DNA from: Leucoraja erinacea
Taxonomy: Eukaryota
NCBI RefSeq assembly: GCF_028641065.1
Contig: NC_073396.1
Span: forward strand, 4,650,001-4,714,000
Length of the DNA stretch: 64,000 nt
Direction: 5' to 3'
Shown here: piece by piece, positions 33,595 to 47,244 of the stretch
Numbering within the stretch: position 1 is the first letter of the stretch
Layout of the letters: each line of letters opens with the position of its first letter
The notes under the pieces: model-generated
What the model saw: only the letters and a program-made list of their open reading frames with translations
Database searches by the model: none
Told to the model about the DNA's origin: nothing
Translations under genes and position numbers: made by a program

Positions 33595-34916
33595 CTGAAA
33601 CAATGCAAGATGGGTTATGTAATATACAATGACTTCAAAAATGAACATTCAAAATTTAAACTTACAAACATTTTGGGTTAACTTGATCATTCCGATGTAA
33701 AATACAAAATGTGTGCCAAATGTTCATGTTAAGAGCTCAACACACTGATCAGTTAAATACTGGGTAAATGATAAAGGAAATAAATTACAATAAAGCAGAA
33801 AGAAGGCCAAGGAAAGTCACAAATAACTGCATCATTTTCAAAGAGCTGTGTTTAGGGAAAATAAAGGCGAAAAATGTGATAGGATTGTATGTGTCAACTA
33901 TATACAGGACGTTGTTTCACATAAATAACTAACTGCGTACGAGGTGTCAGTAGGCTTAGAAAAATGACTTCATTGTGAAAACCCTATTAACAAGCACATG
34001 TGGAAAATAGCGGTAGACAGTCAGAACCTTTATCCCCACTGGAAACGTCAAACACGAGAGGGCTTTAAGGTAGGAGGGTCAAAATTTTTAATGAGATGTG
34101 TGGGGTATGTTTCTTTTAACTCAGACAATGGTGGGTATCTGAAATGCACGGCAAGGAATAGTGGTGGATGCAGATACAATAGTGGCATTAAGGAAGCTTT
34201 AGGATTGGCTCATGGACGTGCAAGGAATGGCGAGATAAGGAACTGAAGGAAATTAGTTTAACTTGGCAGCATGTTCAACACGGATACTGTGGGCTGAAGG
34301 ACCTGTTCCTGTACTGTACTCTGATACATGCACTCTATGTATGTACTTATTACAAATCATTTTTACTTCTGCAGAAAATTATAATTTGCATTTACTGTAT
34401 TTACAGAACTAAATAAATGCTGAGCTGTGTCGGCCTGGTCACCATTTAAAGCAAAATTATTGCTTGTTGGGAAATTGATGGCTTAAGATGCAAAAATTCC
34501 TTGATAATGCATTCTGGAAATGATAAGTCAATTAGGCTTATGTGCAATCTAAGATAGACGCAAAATGCTGGAGTAACAGCAGGTTGGGCAGCATATTTGG
34601 AGAAAATGAATAGGTGAAATATCTGGTCGGAATCCTTCTTCAGACTGATGTGCAATCTAGATAGAGAGATAGACGAATTAAGTTAATGTGCAATCTACTA
34701 GTGTTAGTATTTGTATGATAATGGGAAACATTTTTTTCCAGGTAAAATGTTCCTCAATCTATTAAAATACGTTACTTTCAAAAAACTAGGGATGAAAAAG
34801 GTCATAATGAACTTGCTTGAGCTGAGAATGTACAGTATATTTTTAAAAATCTGCATTAATGATCAATGCAACAAAACTTTCAATCACAGCCAGCAACGTG
34901 AAAATAAACGCTTTAC

Positions 34917-35054
34917 CTAACATATTCTCGCTTATTCTCTTCTGTTACAGGAACATTTCTGCCATTTGGTTTCAGCTCTTGTTGAATAATCCGACCAAAA
35001 CAGTTATGTTCTACACAAAACGTGTGATCAAGCACTGGCGTAATATCATTTTCA
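34917..35054 (-). CDS. SMURF1: SMURF1 exon (HECT: ENDITPVLDHTFCVEHNCFGRIIQQELKPNGRNVPVTEENKREYVR)
   Basis: 138 bp, cag / gtaaag. Confidence 0.95.
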
Positions 35055-35450
35055 CTGTAATAAAAAAAGGGTTATTAAATTAGTTGGATGGATGTTGCTC
35101 ATTGCATTCTAAAATATAAATTGCACCTTTGTACATATACCATGTTCAAAACAATAAATTAATTTATTTTACATGTTCAAAGGTGTCATGTTTTACTAGT
35201 ACATAGTTATTAACATATGTATCTTCTGTCTCATGGTAATTAAAATTGAATATAAATATAAATAATTAGAACATTTTACACAATATATTCTTTAGAAGAA
35301 ACCAGAAAATCTGTAATCTGAATTATAATGTGTATTTCAAGAAACATGAATAATTGTTTCAACTGTATCCTCTTTTAGCCAGGACGTTAATTGAGAGGAA
35401 AAAGTCAGAGGTTAATTCTGTTGTAATATAACTCCGTTAATTCAACTCAC

Positions 35451-35629
35451 AGGATCCAAACCAAGCTCTTGTGCAATTCTGGGTCCACAGTTTCCAAGTC
35501 TGATAACTGGATAGGTTTTCCTAACAGCTGCTTATAAAACGGTAATGTGAAACCACCGTTAATGTAGTGTCCATGGAATACAGCCAGTCCCATTATCCGG
35601 CCCACAAAATGGAAATATGACAAGTGCTC
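35451..35629 (-). CDS. SMURF1: SMURF1 exon (HECT: EHLSYFHFVGRIMGLAVFHGHYINGG...LHKSLVWIL)
   Basis: 179 bp, cag / gtgagt. Confidence 0.95.
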
Positions 35630-35819
35630 CTGTAGAAACAAAATCAGTCACTGGCTCAAGTAAAGAGTATAACACTGCAATCCGGTACATACAGCACCAG
35701 AAACCTTCACACAATCTTCCCAATATCATGCTCTTTATTTATGTAACATTAACACGTGAATATTAAATCAAAACCAGAGTATATTAACCCGATACAACCA
35801 AACAAAGTTTTTTCTGTCA

Positions 35820-36265
35820 TCGCCATACAGCATGGAAACAAACCCTTTTAGCTCAACTCGTCCACGCCAACCAGGATCCCCCTCAACGCTAATCCAATTT
35901 GTCTGCATTGGCTTATAGACCCCTAATCCTTTTCTATCCATGTAGCTCTCCAAGTATCTTTTAAATGCTGTTATAGTACTTGCCTCAACTACCTCCTCTG
36001 GCAGCCCATTCCATGGACCTACTACCCTCTGAGTAAAAGAGTTCCTATGGTGAGAGTTGCCTCCTCTCACCATAAATCCTATGTCCTCTGGTTTTTGATG
36101 CCCCTACCCTCGGTAAACTACTCTCTGCATTAACCCAATCTATTCCACTCATGAAGTTATACACCTCTATATATCATCCCTCAGCCTCCTATGTTCCAAA
36201 GTCCTAGGCTGCCCTACCTCTCCCTGTAGCTCAGGCCCTCTGGTCTTGACAATATCCTTGTAGAA
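35820..36265 (-). mobile_element. Degenerate CR1-type LINE 3' fragment
   Basis: FTQRVVGPWNGLPEEVVEASTITAFKRYL. Confidence 0.8.
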
Positions 36266-37678
36266 TGCGCTCACCAAACTCCAAAATATATTCAGTATGC
36301 GATCATCACCAGGTAAGGCCATGTTTTAAAGTGCAACAATGTAAAGTGAATTATGTGGTATTGTTGCCTTTACAGACTTGAAGCAAGATGCAACATTTAT
36401 TATAACCATATAACAATTACAGCACGGAAACAGGCCATCTCGGCCCTTCTAGTCCGTGCCGAACACAGAAGCAGGACCACTATTACCAGCAGCCAAACAG
36501 TTGCTGGTTTTTTTTTTAACGGAGGCAGATTCTTGACCAGCCACAGACTTACAAATGCAAAGCACTAATAACATGTTTTGTTTAATATATTTAGCCACTT
36601 TTCATGATAAGTCAACCCGAAATAAAATTAACAATATCAATTTCAAGTATATTTGTGTATAGTCAGTAATGAAATGGATGTTTTCAGAAAGTGGCTTTGG
36701 GGTAAGAACCTATTTATGGTAATGCTGTCCTTATTGCTAACAAATGATAGAAATGAATCCATTTCATCAGCAAATATATTTCCATGTTAAAAATGCCTAA
36801 ATGAATTTGCTCAAAACTCAACCTAAAATGAAAAAGACTGCCGAGATTATCATATCCAAAGCAGCTTTATCCCAAAGAGAAAGTTGCATAAAAAGAGTTT
36901 AAAGGTTTTGAAATCTTACAGCTAGCTGCATTGGAAAGGTTGCATGATGTACTTTCTAAATCATTAAAGTCAAACTCTGAAAGGCAATGTGAACCAAATG
37001 TACAAATTTATGGTCACATTATATCAAACTTATACAATGCTTTATAAATGCCAGAAATGTGAAGCCAATTCTTCAACTTGGCATTAAAAAACAATTATAT
37101 AAATTAAACAGAAACAAAATCCCACACAAAAAGGGGTATAATATTAAGGAAGTGAATAAAAGAAAAGTAAAATCTGCAGAAGATGCACAATTTCCTGTTT
37201 GGAATTATACACTTAGTAAAATAAAAAGCTTAGAGAATGAAGGACAAACATTAAATACATTTAATTGAGCAGTGGTTGAAATATTTACATGATTTCACTA
37301 TGAAATATTGAAGTAGCTTTAATGAGAAACCCCAATGGCCAGAAACCAAATAATTATAAAACAATCTTCTAAAAACCTCTCCTAACACACAAACTTTTAT
37401 TTGAGGCGGAGAAAGATGGTCATACTTCAACGAGCAAATAATCTTAAGGAATATTAATAAATATATCCCATAATTATATTTGTGCATTTTTTTCCAGTTT
37501 AACTTTTAAGCTCCGGCTCTTTTTTATCAGGTGGGGGGGGGGGGGGGGAGAAGACAACGTCATGGGTAAAGAGAATGCTCCATGTGACAAGTCCTTGCTC
37601 ATCACGTAGAACACTGTCAAAACAAATTCTTATTAATTTACAATAATTCCAACTCTCACTGTGGCCGCAAATACTCAC

Positions 37679-37793
37679 GGGATTGACTGCGGAATCTGGA
37701 TTGATCTGTAGTGTGTAGATATTATCAGTTGAATATTGAAATAGCCCATAGTAAGGATTCAACATCTCATGACAGAGCAAATACAACCACTCC
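37679..37793 (-). CDS. SMURF1: SMURF1 exon (HECT: [38 protein letters not shown])
   Basis: 115 bp, tag / gtgagt; LLCHEM and STDNIY are SMURF1-type rather than SMURF2-type. Confidence 0.95.
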
Positions 37794-38129
37794 CTAGAAA
37801 GCAAGCAAACACAATTATTAACAATTGGCACAAATAGGGTATTTATGCCCTCAGCTTTCTATTTAGTCACAATCGCAATTCTATTATTTTGACCCCAATT
37901 TCTGACTTGTTATGGACATTAGTTTCATACTCATGTTTATTAAATAAGTACTTACTTTCTTTTTAAATACCACCATTGACTTTGCACTTAGGTCAGTTTA
38001 CCCACATTTACAGCCTTGTAAAACATATTTTTCCTGTATCTACTTAAACTACATGAGATTTTTTCTATTACAAATCTCAAATTGTGGAGTACAGAGGCAA
38101 ATAAATAAATGATGGGTCTTTGTCCCAAA

Positions 38130-38322
38130 CATTACAGAGGGCACTGTAGATGTATTCAAGAGAGAGTTAGATATAATTCTTACAGCTAACAGAATCAAGG
38201 GATATTGGGAGAAAGCAGGAACGGGGACTGCTTCTGGATGATCAGTCATGACCATATTGAATGGCGATGCTGGCTTGTAGGGCCGAATGGCGTATTTCTG
38301 CACCTATTTTCTATGTTTGTAT
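38130..38322 (+). mobile_element. CR1-type LINE 3' end
   Basis: FKRELD motif, gggccgaatggc stem, (tatgtt)n tail. Confidence 0.75.
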
Positions 38323-38952
38323 GTTTCTCCTGTGTTATTTAATCTGATTCCATGGCAATGTTCTTCAATTTTTTCCCCTATAAATTTAATTAATATTCCC
38401 TTCACTCTTTCAGCTTGGGCTGTTTGTGATCTGTTTGTTTGAGGATGATTAATACAATGTTCACTGATGGATCCTGATCTGACTGTCATAATTCTCAAGT
38501 TTCTGTTCATTTATATATATTTCAACTTTTTAAATGTAACAGCACATGGCCTGGTTTTATAGAAATATTTCTCTGCCACTGCTCAAATTGCAAACCCTTG
38601 TCTTCGCTCAGTTCACCCAGGCTACATGTTCTTTGTGTGTGCCGAGAAACCCCAAGATCTTGCTAGAATATGGCACAGGGTCTACATGCTTAGTGGGATT
38701 GTTTCTTCAACTGGATATTCTGGCATTGTTGCAATGAATTCTGACGGACGTATGAATTTTAGCGACATCAACTGATTCCAGAAGTACATCTTTCATTTTA
38801 AAATAACAGAATGTTGTTAAGGTCATCCACTGCAAACGATGCGATGTTGCAAGTATATTAAATCCTTCCTCAGTGATATGACTTACTGATTAACCAAAAA
38901 ATTAAACTATTGACCGTAAACCATCCTTACCATTTTTGAGCCATAAATCTTA

Positions 38953-39057
<105 letters not shown>

Positions 39058-39189
39058 CTATTTCATACAAACTGATGATGAGTCTCCATACATACACAAT
39101 ATACATTTTACTAAAATGTTGCTTATAAATGCACTCTAAGGCTCTCTGGAAATTTATACTAATGAAGAGTGCTTGGAATGTGAAGTTAC

Positions 39190-39394
39190 CTCAAAGATCT
39201 CATCCCGGGAGACTTCAATACGACAATGCCCTGCTTGTGGTTGTTGCAAAGCAAGCTCATGCCTCAGGACTTTCAACTTCTGCACCAGATCTCGCTCACA
39301 TCGTGGGACAGACCACTCTCCCTCTCCTTCTTCCACTGGTACCTCAGGTGGTGCAGGCAAGGTCTGATTTGATTCCTTCAACTGACTGGGATTA
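39190..39394 (-). CDS. SMURF1: SMURF1 exon (WW-HECT linker to ERDLVQKLKVLRHEL...EVSRDEIFE)
   Basis: 205 bp, cag / gtaact. Confidence 0.93.
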
Positions 39395-40469
39395 CTGCAA
39401 GAAAACATCAAAAGATTACCACATTTATATATGGTTTGAAGAATATAATGGCCTGATGTGCATTTTTAACAATGGTGTGAAGGCTGGTGACATTTAAGGA
39501 ATTGATGGTGAGTAAAACTGTAGAGGTAAAGGCATTAACCAGGGACTAAAAATATATTAAAATGGTTTAAAAAAAACAAAACTAGGATCACTGGCAGGCC
39601 AATGAGATAGCCACAAATGTAGGTCACTAAAAAGTAATCAGTACAAAAACAATAACGCTAATAAAAGCTTTTATTTTAGAATGAGAATGCTAAAATAAAA
39701 ATATGGAAATGTGTCCCATTTCAGCTACACCGAGCCAAAGTTACATTGGATTTGGAGCATTGTACACAATTATGGACATGGCATTTCAGAAATAATTTAA
39801 TTCCAAAAGGAATGTAGTATTTCAACTAAAGTTTACATTTAGGTTAGATTACAAGAAGAGTTGACATAAATTAGATTTATATTACTGGGAAAAAGCACAT
39901 AAAACCTGTGAGGAAGCAGCTCTACCAGCTGTGACACTGTGATGCCCTTCTCAACTATTTAACTTTCCAATGCTGATAATTTACATTACATTCATCTCAC
40001 ACAAGATGGCATCAGAGAGTGGTGACATTTTACGTTCAACATTTTACGTGGTTACTCTTGGGGTATTTATAATTACTGTATGTATTCTGTTTAATCTGTG
40101 AGCATCACGAGAACAAAGAATTCCACTGCATCCTAGTAACTAAACTCAAATTTCATTACGATACATTCAGCAGTGTGAAGAAGTGGCCCCAACCCGAAAC
40201 ATCCACTATCCATGTTCTCCAGAAATGCTGGCCACAGGGGTACTCCAGCACTTTGTGTCTTTATTTGCTTTACTTGTTTCGACATACAGTGATATATTGG
40301 GACATGTAACTGGGCATGTCATTGGCCACCTCAGTTTCATAATCATTCTTAAATCTGCTTCCAACTCTTGAATTTATTAGCTAATAAAAATGTGGAATAA
40401 TATAGCATGACGCTTTGCAAAAATTCAAATTCCCTTGCAAATGATGCTGGTCAGGTGTCAGGAAACTGA

Positions 40470-40822
40470 CAATCACCTTTGATTACCTTCGACTACCATC
40501 AATTATCTACGGATAACATGATGACCTACTACGACTAACTTCGACTAAACCCATTTATCAATTTATTCCATGGCGACCTTTTTTTACTCGTGGACATTTT
40601 TCAGCATGTTGAAAAAATACACCGCAACCTAGCTGAGTACGCGGGGACTACTCTCAAGCATGAAGGAGAGTTACAAAGACCTCCTAGGACCCCATGTCAC
40701 CATGCTGCGAGTACGAGTCGAGGGCAAACGCTTCTAAACTCGCCAATTAGGTCGCCACAGTGGGACAGCCCCTAAACTCTTCTAAACTCGCCAATTAGGT
40801 TGCCGCAGTGGGACAGCCCCTT
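40470..40822. mobile_element. MITE fragment with a tandemly duplicated terminus
   Basis: tctaaactcgccaattaggt(c/t)gcc(a/g)cagtgggacagcccct occurs twice (about 40733-40773 and 40781-40821); body resembles the right half of the 57221 element. Confidence 0.65.
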
Positions 40823-42160
40823 TACAATGTCCAACATAGAAAGGCAGAACACAGGAACAGATGCTTCAGCCCACCATGTGCCAAGATAATTTAATCTCAT
40901 CTGCCTACACATGAGGAGAAACGTTCTATTCCCGCATGTGCCTTTCTAAAAGCATCTTAAGAGCCACTCGTTCTCTTGAATGCCCTGGAAGAAATACTTG
41001 TGGAATTAAACAGCAGACTGGTCTTTACCCTGCTCCTGAAACAAACCATATTTTACATCACTCATAGATAGGTGCAACTACATTGACTTGTACAACTATA
41101 TTTATATTCTAGAACTCCATGCAACAATATCCTGATAAGATGGGAGCCACCAACCCCAAAAGTGATCATCCTCAAATAGAAAAGCTGGTGATGTAATATT
41201 CACTTCTTCAAATCAAAAGAAGCTTATGTATTTATGATGTAATTGCAATCTTATTAACGTAACTGAAAATCAATGTCTCTAATTCTCAGGCGGTGCTGGC
41301 TCGAAGGGTCGAATGGCCTCTTCCTGCACCTATTTTCTAATCAGGAGCCTGCTGTCCACAAGTGTGCTGATCCCAGAAGGGTCTAAAACTTTGTAGAAAC
41401 ATGAACATCTACAACATATTTTGATAATGCAGTAGAGACAACTGCAAAGGCTCATTTCAAGTGTGCTGTCCAACGTCTCGGGGACCAAAACAATTCAGTG
41501 GCACTGCATTTGACTGCAAATGATGTTGTATTTAGGAAGGCCAAACAGTCATCTACAACAGATACGTATAAATCCATGAAAACCCCCACAAACCTAAACA
41601 AAAAATTTGGAAACATGGAACATTCATTATTACAGCTTGTTTGAGATAATATCTGCGTGCCAGTCTTTCTTAGCGATTGTTTTTTTTGTTTTAGTAGGTA
41701 AAAAGAAATTGGAATTGAAACTTCCAACCCAGAAGAAACATTTATTTTACCTTCATTGATAAACGTTATGCCAATAATAAATGGCAACCAAGCAGATTTT
41801 AAGTTTTGTTGTCTGAAGGTTAGATGCCAGTTTTAAAACCCACACCGACTGCTGACCAACCCGATTTGGCCATGGGATGTTGTGGTCACTGACGGTGATG
41901 AGGAAACCAGGAAAAAGCGGAAATGGATCGAAAAACACAGCACGTGTGATCATGTTGAAGAAAATTATAATTCTATCAAAGTTGTTCAATCAGAGGGTCA
42001 GGCAGTATCCCTGGACAACGATTCTGCTCAGGGTCCTTCTTCAATGTTTGAAGGGTCTAAGTAAAACTGGAAATAAATACCTAACCCAAATGAAACAAAA
42101 TCTGAACACTGCAAGACGTAGTCATTCTGAAGGAGGGTGAATTGCGATTTGAACTATTTA

Positions 42161-42391
<231 letters not shown>

Positions 42392-42400
42392 TCAATTAAC

Positions 42401-42485
42401 CTTGGTATTCGAGGATCATGCCAAGTACTGACTCCAGTCTGTGTGTGCAGGAAGTAAATCTGTCCCTGTACCGTTGTTCGCTGCT
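42401..42485 (-). CDS. SMURF1: SMURF1 exon (first WW domain: EQRTTVQGQIYFLHTQTGVSTWHDPRIP)
   Basis: 85 bp, cag / gttaat. Confidence 0.94.
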
Positions 42486-42779
42486 CTGAAAACAAATAGA
42501 CAACGATTTAAGTTTCTTAAAAATATCCTGTCATGTCACCTGCTTTTCAATGAATACATCCTGCTCAAATATGCAGTTCAAAGCCACATAAGATCAACAT
42601 GTTTTGCCAACCCATCATTTTAACATTTGTAGTAAAAGTTAGTTTACAAGTTTGCTAATAGAGCAAGGCTTTGAGTAGAGATGACACCAGACTAATTGAT
42701 TAAAATTCAGTGTGAAGTTACAGCCTGTTTTTCTTTCTTAATTAAAGATCTACCTAGATGATAGAAGAGTTGCCACACT

Positions 42780-43412
42780 CCAGCTCATGCTCAACAGCAT
42801 CACACCATGATCCCATCCAAATTCATCCCCAAACTCCTGGACCAAGAAGTCAATATCTCCCTCTGCCACTTTGACCCATAAACCATAATCATCAAGGTTG
42901 GGTGACAAACCCTCCCACGCAACAATTCTCAACACTGGTGCCCTACAAGTATGAATTGTCAGGCCCTCACTATAATCCCTATACACTCACGACTGTGTGG
43001 CCAAGTTCTGTTCAAACTCCATCAACGTTTGCAGATGTTAATATTGTGAACAATACTTTGTTCAGATTTTGAACAATCATGAGATGGAATACAAGGAATA
43101 GAGAGGTTTGTAATATGGTGTCAAGACAACAACCTCTCCCTCAGAAGGGTCCCAACCCGAAACCTCGTCTATCCATTCCCCCCACGGATGCTGCCTGATC
43201 TGCTGAGATACACCAGCACTGTGTTTTTCCTCAAAATTTCAGCATCTGTAGCTCCTTCCTTGCATGTCCAATCTCACCCTCAATGTCAGCAAGATGAAGG
43301 AGCTTATTAATGACTTCAGAAAGTGTGGTGGAGTACATGCCCCAATCCGCATCAATAGTGCCGATGTGGAAATGATCGAGAGCTTCAAGTTCTTAGGTGT
43401 AAATATCACCAA
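42780..43412 (+). mobile_element. Rex1/Babar-like reverse transcriptase remnant, interrupted by a Penelope-derived repeat (43141-43265)
   Basis: Decayed LNTGA.Q, YTHDCVAK, FAD, WCQDNNLSL and LNVSKMKELINDFRK..ESFKFLGVNIT motifs. Confidence 0.8.
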
Positions 43413-45187
43413 CAAGAATGTTGGAAACATTATTACTCTGTGCCCAACTTTCCTTGCACTTTTACTGCATAGTTAAATGCAACATCTCTAACAATTACAT
43501 TGACACAGCTGCATGCATATTACATGCAACATTTTACGCACAGTAATCATTTTATGAAGTTCTATTATCAGTTTCAAAAATGTATTCTCATTGAAACCGA
43601 CAATATATTTTGTATATTTTTGAAGGTTTTTTAAAGAATCAGTGTGTCACAAAAAGTGAAAGGATTTTCATATAAGCATATTCATTAATATGTTGTACTT
43701 AATGAGCTTGAATGAAAAGTAAGATGAAAGTTTCATACTTCAAGGAAGTTATGTGGATTTAGCATTGGTAGCACTGATTTCTGCTTTTCTAGACCCATTT
43801 TTACTTTTCAGTATATATTCAGAGATCAGCAGGAAATTGGGTGTAGATTTTGGCAAGATGGGAAAAATTCCAGGTGAAGTTTCCAAATTGAGATCCCATA
43901 GGAAATTCCAACTTTTTTCCTCCTAAGTATTAAAAAAAAGTTCAGACCTCAAAAGCAGTCAAAATGTGTGAGTACACAAATGTACACAGAGTACATAAAT
44001 GTTACTAAAAGGGCATCATTTAAAACAGTTAAAACTGTTTGCCACAAAATAAAATGTTTTATTTTAATACAACTTAGGGTGACAAATAGATGAGAAAAAG
44101 GGAGAAGATAAAAATTGATACTTGGATAACAATCAAGGTGACCATTTGGAAAATAAGCCATTGGTATGTTCTCTGGTTTTGACTGAATATGGGTAAATAA
44201 GAATGAAACCAAACTATTTTGGAACTAAGGCAGAGGTGGAGACCCTACTGAAGAAATTCAAGTAAATATTTCAAGACATAAAAAGAAAATGGAAAAGTTC
44301 TGGTTTAATTGTATGCTCGTTTCTGATCCAGGATTTACTGTCAAAAAGCTGCTGGCAGTTGGCTTCTGGCAGTGCATCACCATAACGTGCTAGTGTAACT
44401 CAGCGGGTCAGGCAGCATTTGTGAATTTATTTTTACAGAAAGAGGCAGGCGCCCAGAATGTGCTGCAAGGGGCGGTGATGGAAGCAGATACACGAGTGGT
44501 GTTTAACATGGAGAGATATAGGAATGGAGGGATATAGTTCACCTGCAAGTAGAAAGGATGAGATGGCATTATATTTGGCATTTGCATCATGAGCCAAAGG
44601 GCCTGTCTCTGTGCTGTACTGTTTGACGTTCCAGTCATTAGGCTGGAAGACTGATGAACTCTGAATCACTGTGGAGGAAGGGGTCAGTGGACGGGTGTAT
44701 CCAGAATGGTTGCACAAGTCGTGCAAAGGGATGGGCGATTCGGAGTTCACTTATTCTCGTGGAACTTGACACTACGATGGATTACATTATTCTTGCAAAT
44801 AAATTTTATAGGTTAATTGGCTTCTGTAAATTGCCCCGAGTGACATAGAACTAGTGTACATGTGATCATTGATCGGCGCAGGCTTGGTGAGCCGAAGTGC
44901 CTGTTTCCATGCTGTTTCTCTAAACTAAACTCACAAGCAGAGATCTTTACCAAACGCACAACGAAAGTAAATGTCATTTAAGCAAAATAAAACTCTGTCC
45001 AAAATAAACTGACAACGTTTCAAGTCCAAAAACAGAAATCTGTGCAGTTTTCTTAAGGAGTCCATCTGTGCCAGTGTCTAGTGTATTTCTAAGGGACAAT
45101 TAAATATTGATAATCAGTGGGTAGCCACTGGATATCGGTATTTTTCTTAGGTATATTTTTTTTAAAGCACTACTGAATCCAAGTTAC

Positions 45188-45426
45188 CGTATCCCTCTGG
45201 TAGCACAGGAGACTGATGTCCATGAGGTCGGCTCTGTGGCGTGTGCATTTGAACTCGAACACCAAAGTTACGGATTCGCTGAGCCTGCAGTCTCTGTTCC
45301 TGGTTTGGAGACTCTATCAACTGGCAATTCCCTCCACCCGCAGCACCAGTTATGTCTGGATATGGGACTGTGTCTTCCATGATACAGCTTAGCGGCCTTC
45401 CAGGTCCAGAATCTTCAAAAAGTGGC
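45188..45426 (-). CDS. SMURF1: SMURF1 exon (linker PLFEDSGPGRPLSC...HGHQSPVLPEGY)
   Basis: 239 bp, cag / gtaact; SMURF1-specific linker. Confidence 0.93.
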
Positions 45427-46210
45427 CTGACAATAAAATAATGTAGCATCACTGAAGTGGCACAGAAGTTATTTAGAAATTGGCATTCTTGTTAAAATAT
45501 GGATACAGTAACCAAATACAAATGTGCTTAGATTTTTAAAGTAAAACCGGTCGACCACGGCCATCAATCACACTACATTTGCAGCTCGTTCCTTTTATTA
45601 TCCAACTAAAAGTGAGGATTAGATAAACAGAACAGAGATAAAAAATAATACAGCACAGGACCAGGCCCTTCAGGCCACAATGTCAGTGCTGAACGTGATG
45701 TCAGGTTAAAATAATCTCTTCTGCCCAGCGTGATCCATGTCCCTCCATTCGCTGCATATCCATGTACCTATCTAAAAGCCTCTTAAATGCCACTCTGCTT
45801 CCATCACCATCCATGGCAGCACATTCCAGGTGCTTTGAGTGGTCTATTTTTCTCACAAATCTCAGTACAAAAAATATTATCCAGGTAACTTCCCGTATAA
45901 AAGTGTTCATACTATATGTTGTATTAAATAATTATGCTGCTTAATGGTTCACTGTGTATTTGCTGCAACATACTGTGTAAAATACTTTTTTTTGAATACT
46001 ATTGGACATGATGATTTAGGGGAAAGATAAAGTTAACTCATATTTAAGCTTTTGTTCACTCTGGTTACTTTTGTTAAGAGAACAATGCTGAAAATTGAAC
46101 TTAATTAGCTGATTTAATTCTTCCATTGGGCTGGGCCCAAGACATTGTGACTTAATTGCACACAAAATGTTTTCCAAGCAACAATTCAAAGAGAAAGGGT
46201 CACAACTCAC

Positions 46211-46295
46211 CCCTCAGGTAGATCATTATCTAGTATTCCTCTGCAATCGACAACAGGACCACCAGTTCCTATTCGATCTCGAGTTTGTAAACTTA
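46211..46295 (-). CDS. SMURF1: SMURF1 exon (VSLQTRDRIGTGGPVVDCRGILDNDLPEG)
   Basis: 85 bp, tag / gtgagt. Confidence 0.92.
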
Positions 46296-46813
46296 CTAGA
46301 AAAGAAAACCACAAAATTCAGGTAATGCATTATATTTAAGTTATGCAATTGAAAGTCTCCAAATAGCCTCGGGACTTGGAGCCACATCCTAATGTTGATG
46401 GGTGGGTAATTTTCCTATGGTTTCATGATAAAGTGAGGCTTAACCCATACTCTGAGATGGATTCCTGCAGTATTTCCTGCCCCTCAGAAGGGGCGAACTG
46501 AACCTGATAACTACAACATTTCGGGCATATTCCTTTTACTAATATTTAGAATGAAATTCAACACCGGAAATACTTAAAGATAGATATGAGAGACAGAGAA
46601 AGTGATAGTCAATTTAATCATAAAGATGTTTCGCCTCTGAAGACTTTCAGATTCATGAACTAGGAAGAAATACAACCTGCACAATCGATACGAAACGGTT
46701 AATGAGATACTCAATATATAGCTCACCACCTCTGTATCACCACCCAATTTACACAGAACGTATTCTACAAATACTTTTTTCAGTAAACATGCCACTGGAA
46801 CTTGAATATTTAC

Positions 46814-46879
46814 CAACTATTTGTCCTCGTATTGTATCGCCGTCTGTGGGATTGAGCTTGCATAGATCCAACCGCTGAT
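46814..46879 (-). CDS. SMURF1: SMURF1 exon (YQRLDLCKLNPTDGDTIRGQIV)
   Basis: 66 bp, cag / gtaaat. Confidence 0.93.
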
Positions 46880-47244
46880 CTGGCAAAAAAGGATGCAATA
46901 TTACCCGAACTGAGTAAACACATCAAACCAGTGAAACAAACCCTACAATCTTATTCCTTTATGCAGTGCAAGCGACTACTTAATATATTTTGCATCACAT
47001 TTAGCTGTGACATTATTTCAAATGTACGATATCCAAGCCAATTGAGTGAATTCCTGAAGCCAAGTAGCTCATTATAGGCTCTGAGGATGGCTTGTATTCA
47101 ACCCATCCCTGCTTCCTGCAAATCCCACAACCATCCCCTCTCCACCATTTCAATGACCATCAGGAAAGGTGTATTTCTACCTTGACCGAATATTATCTTG
47201 CAAGTATCCAACACAAAATATTACACAAGTGATATTTTTGACTA

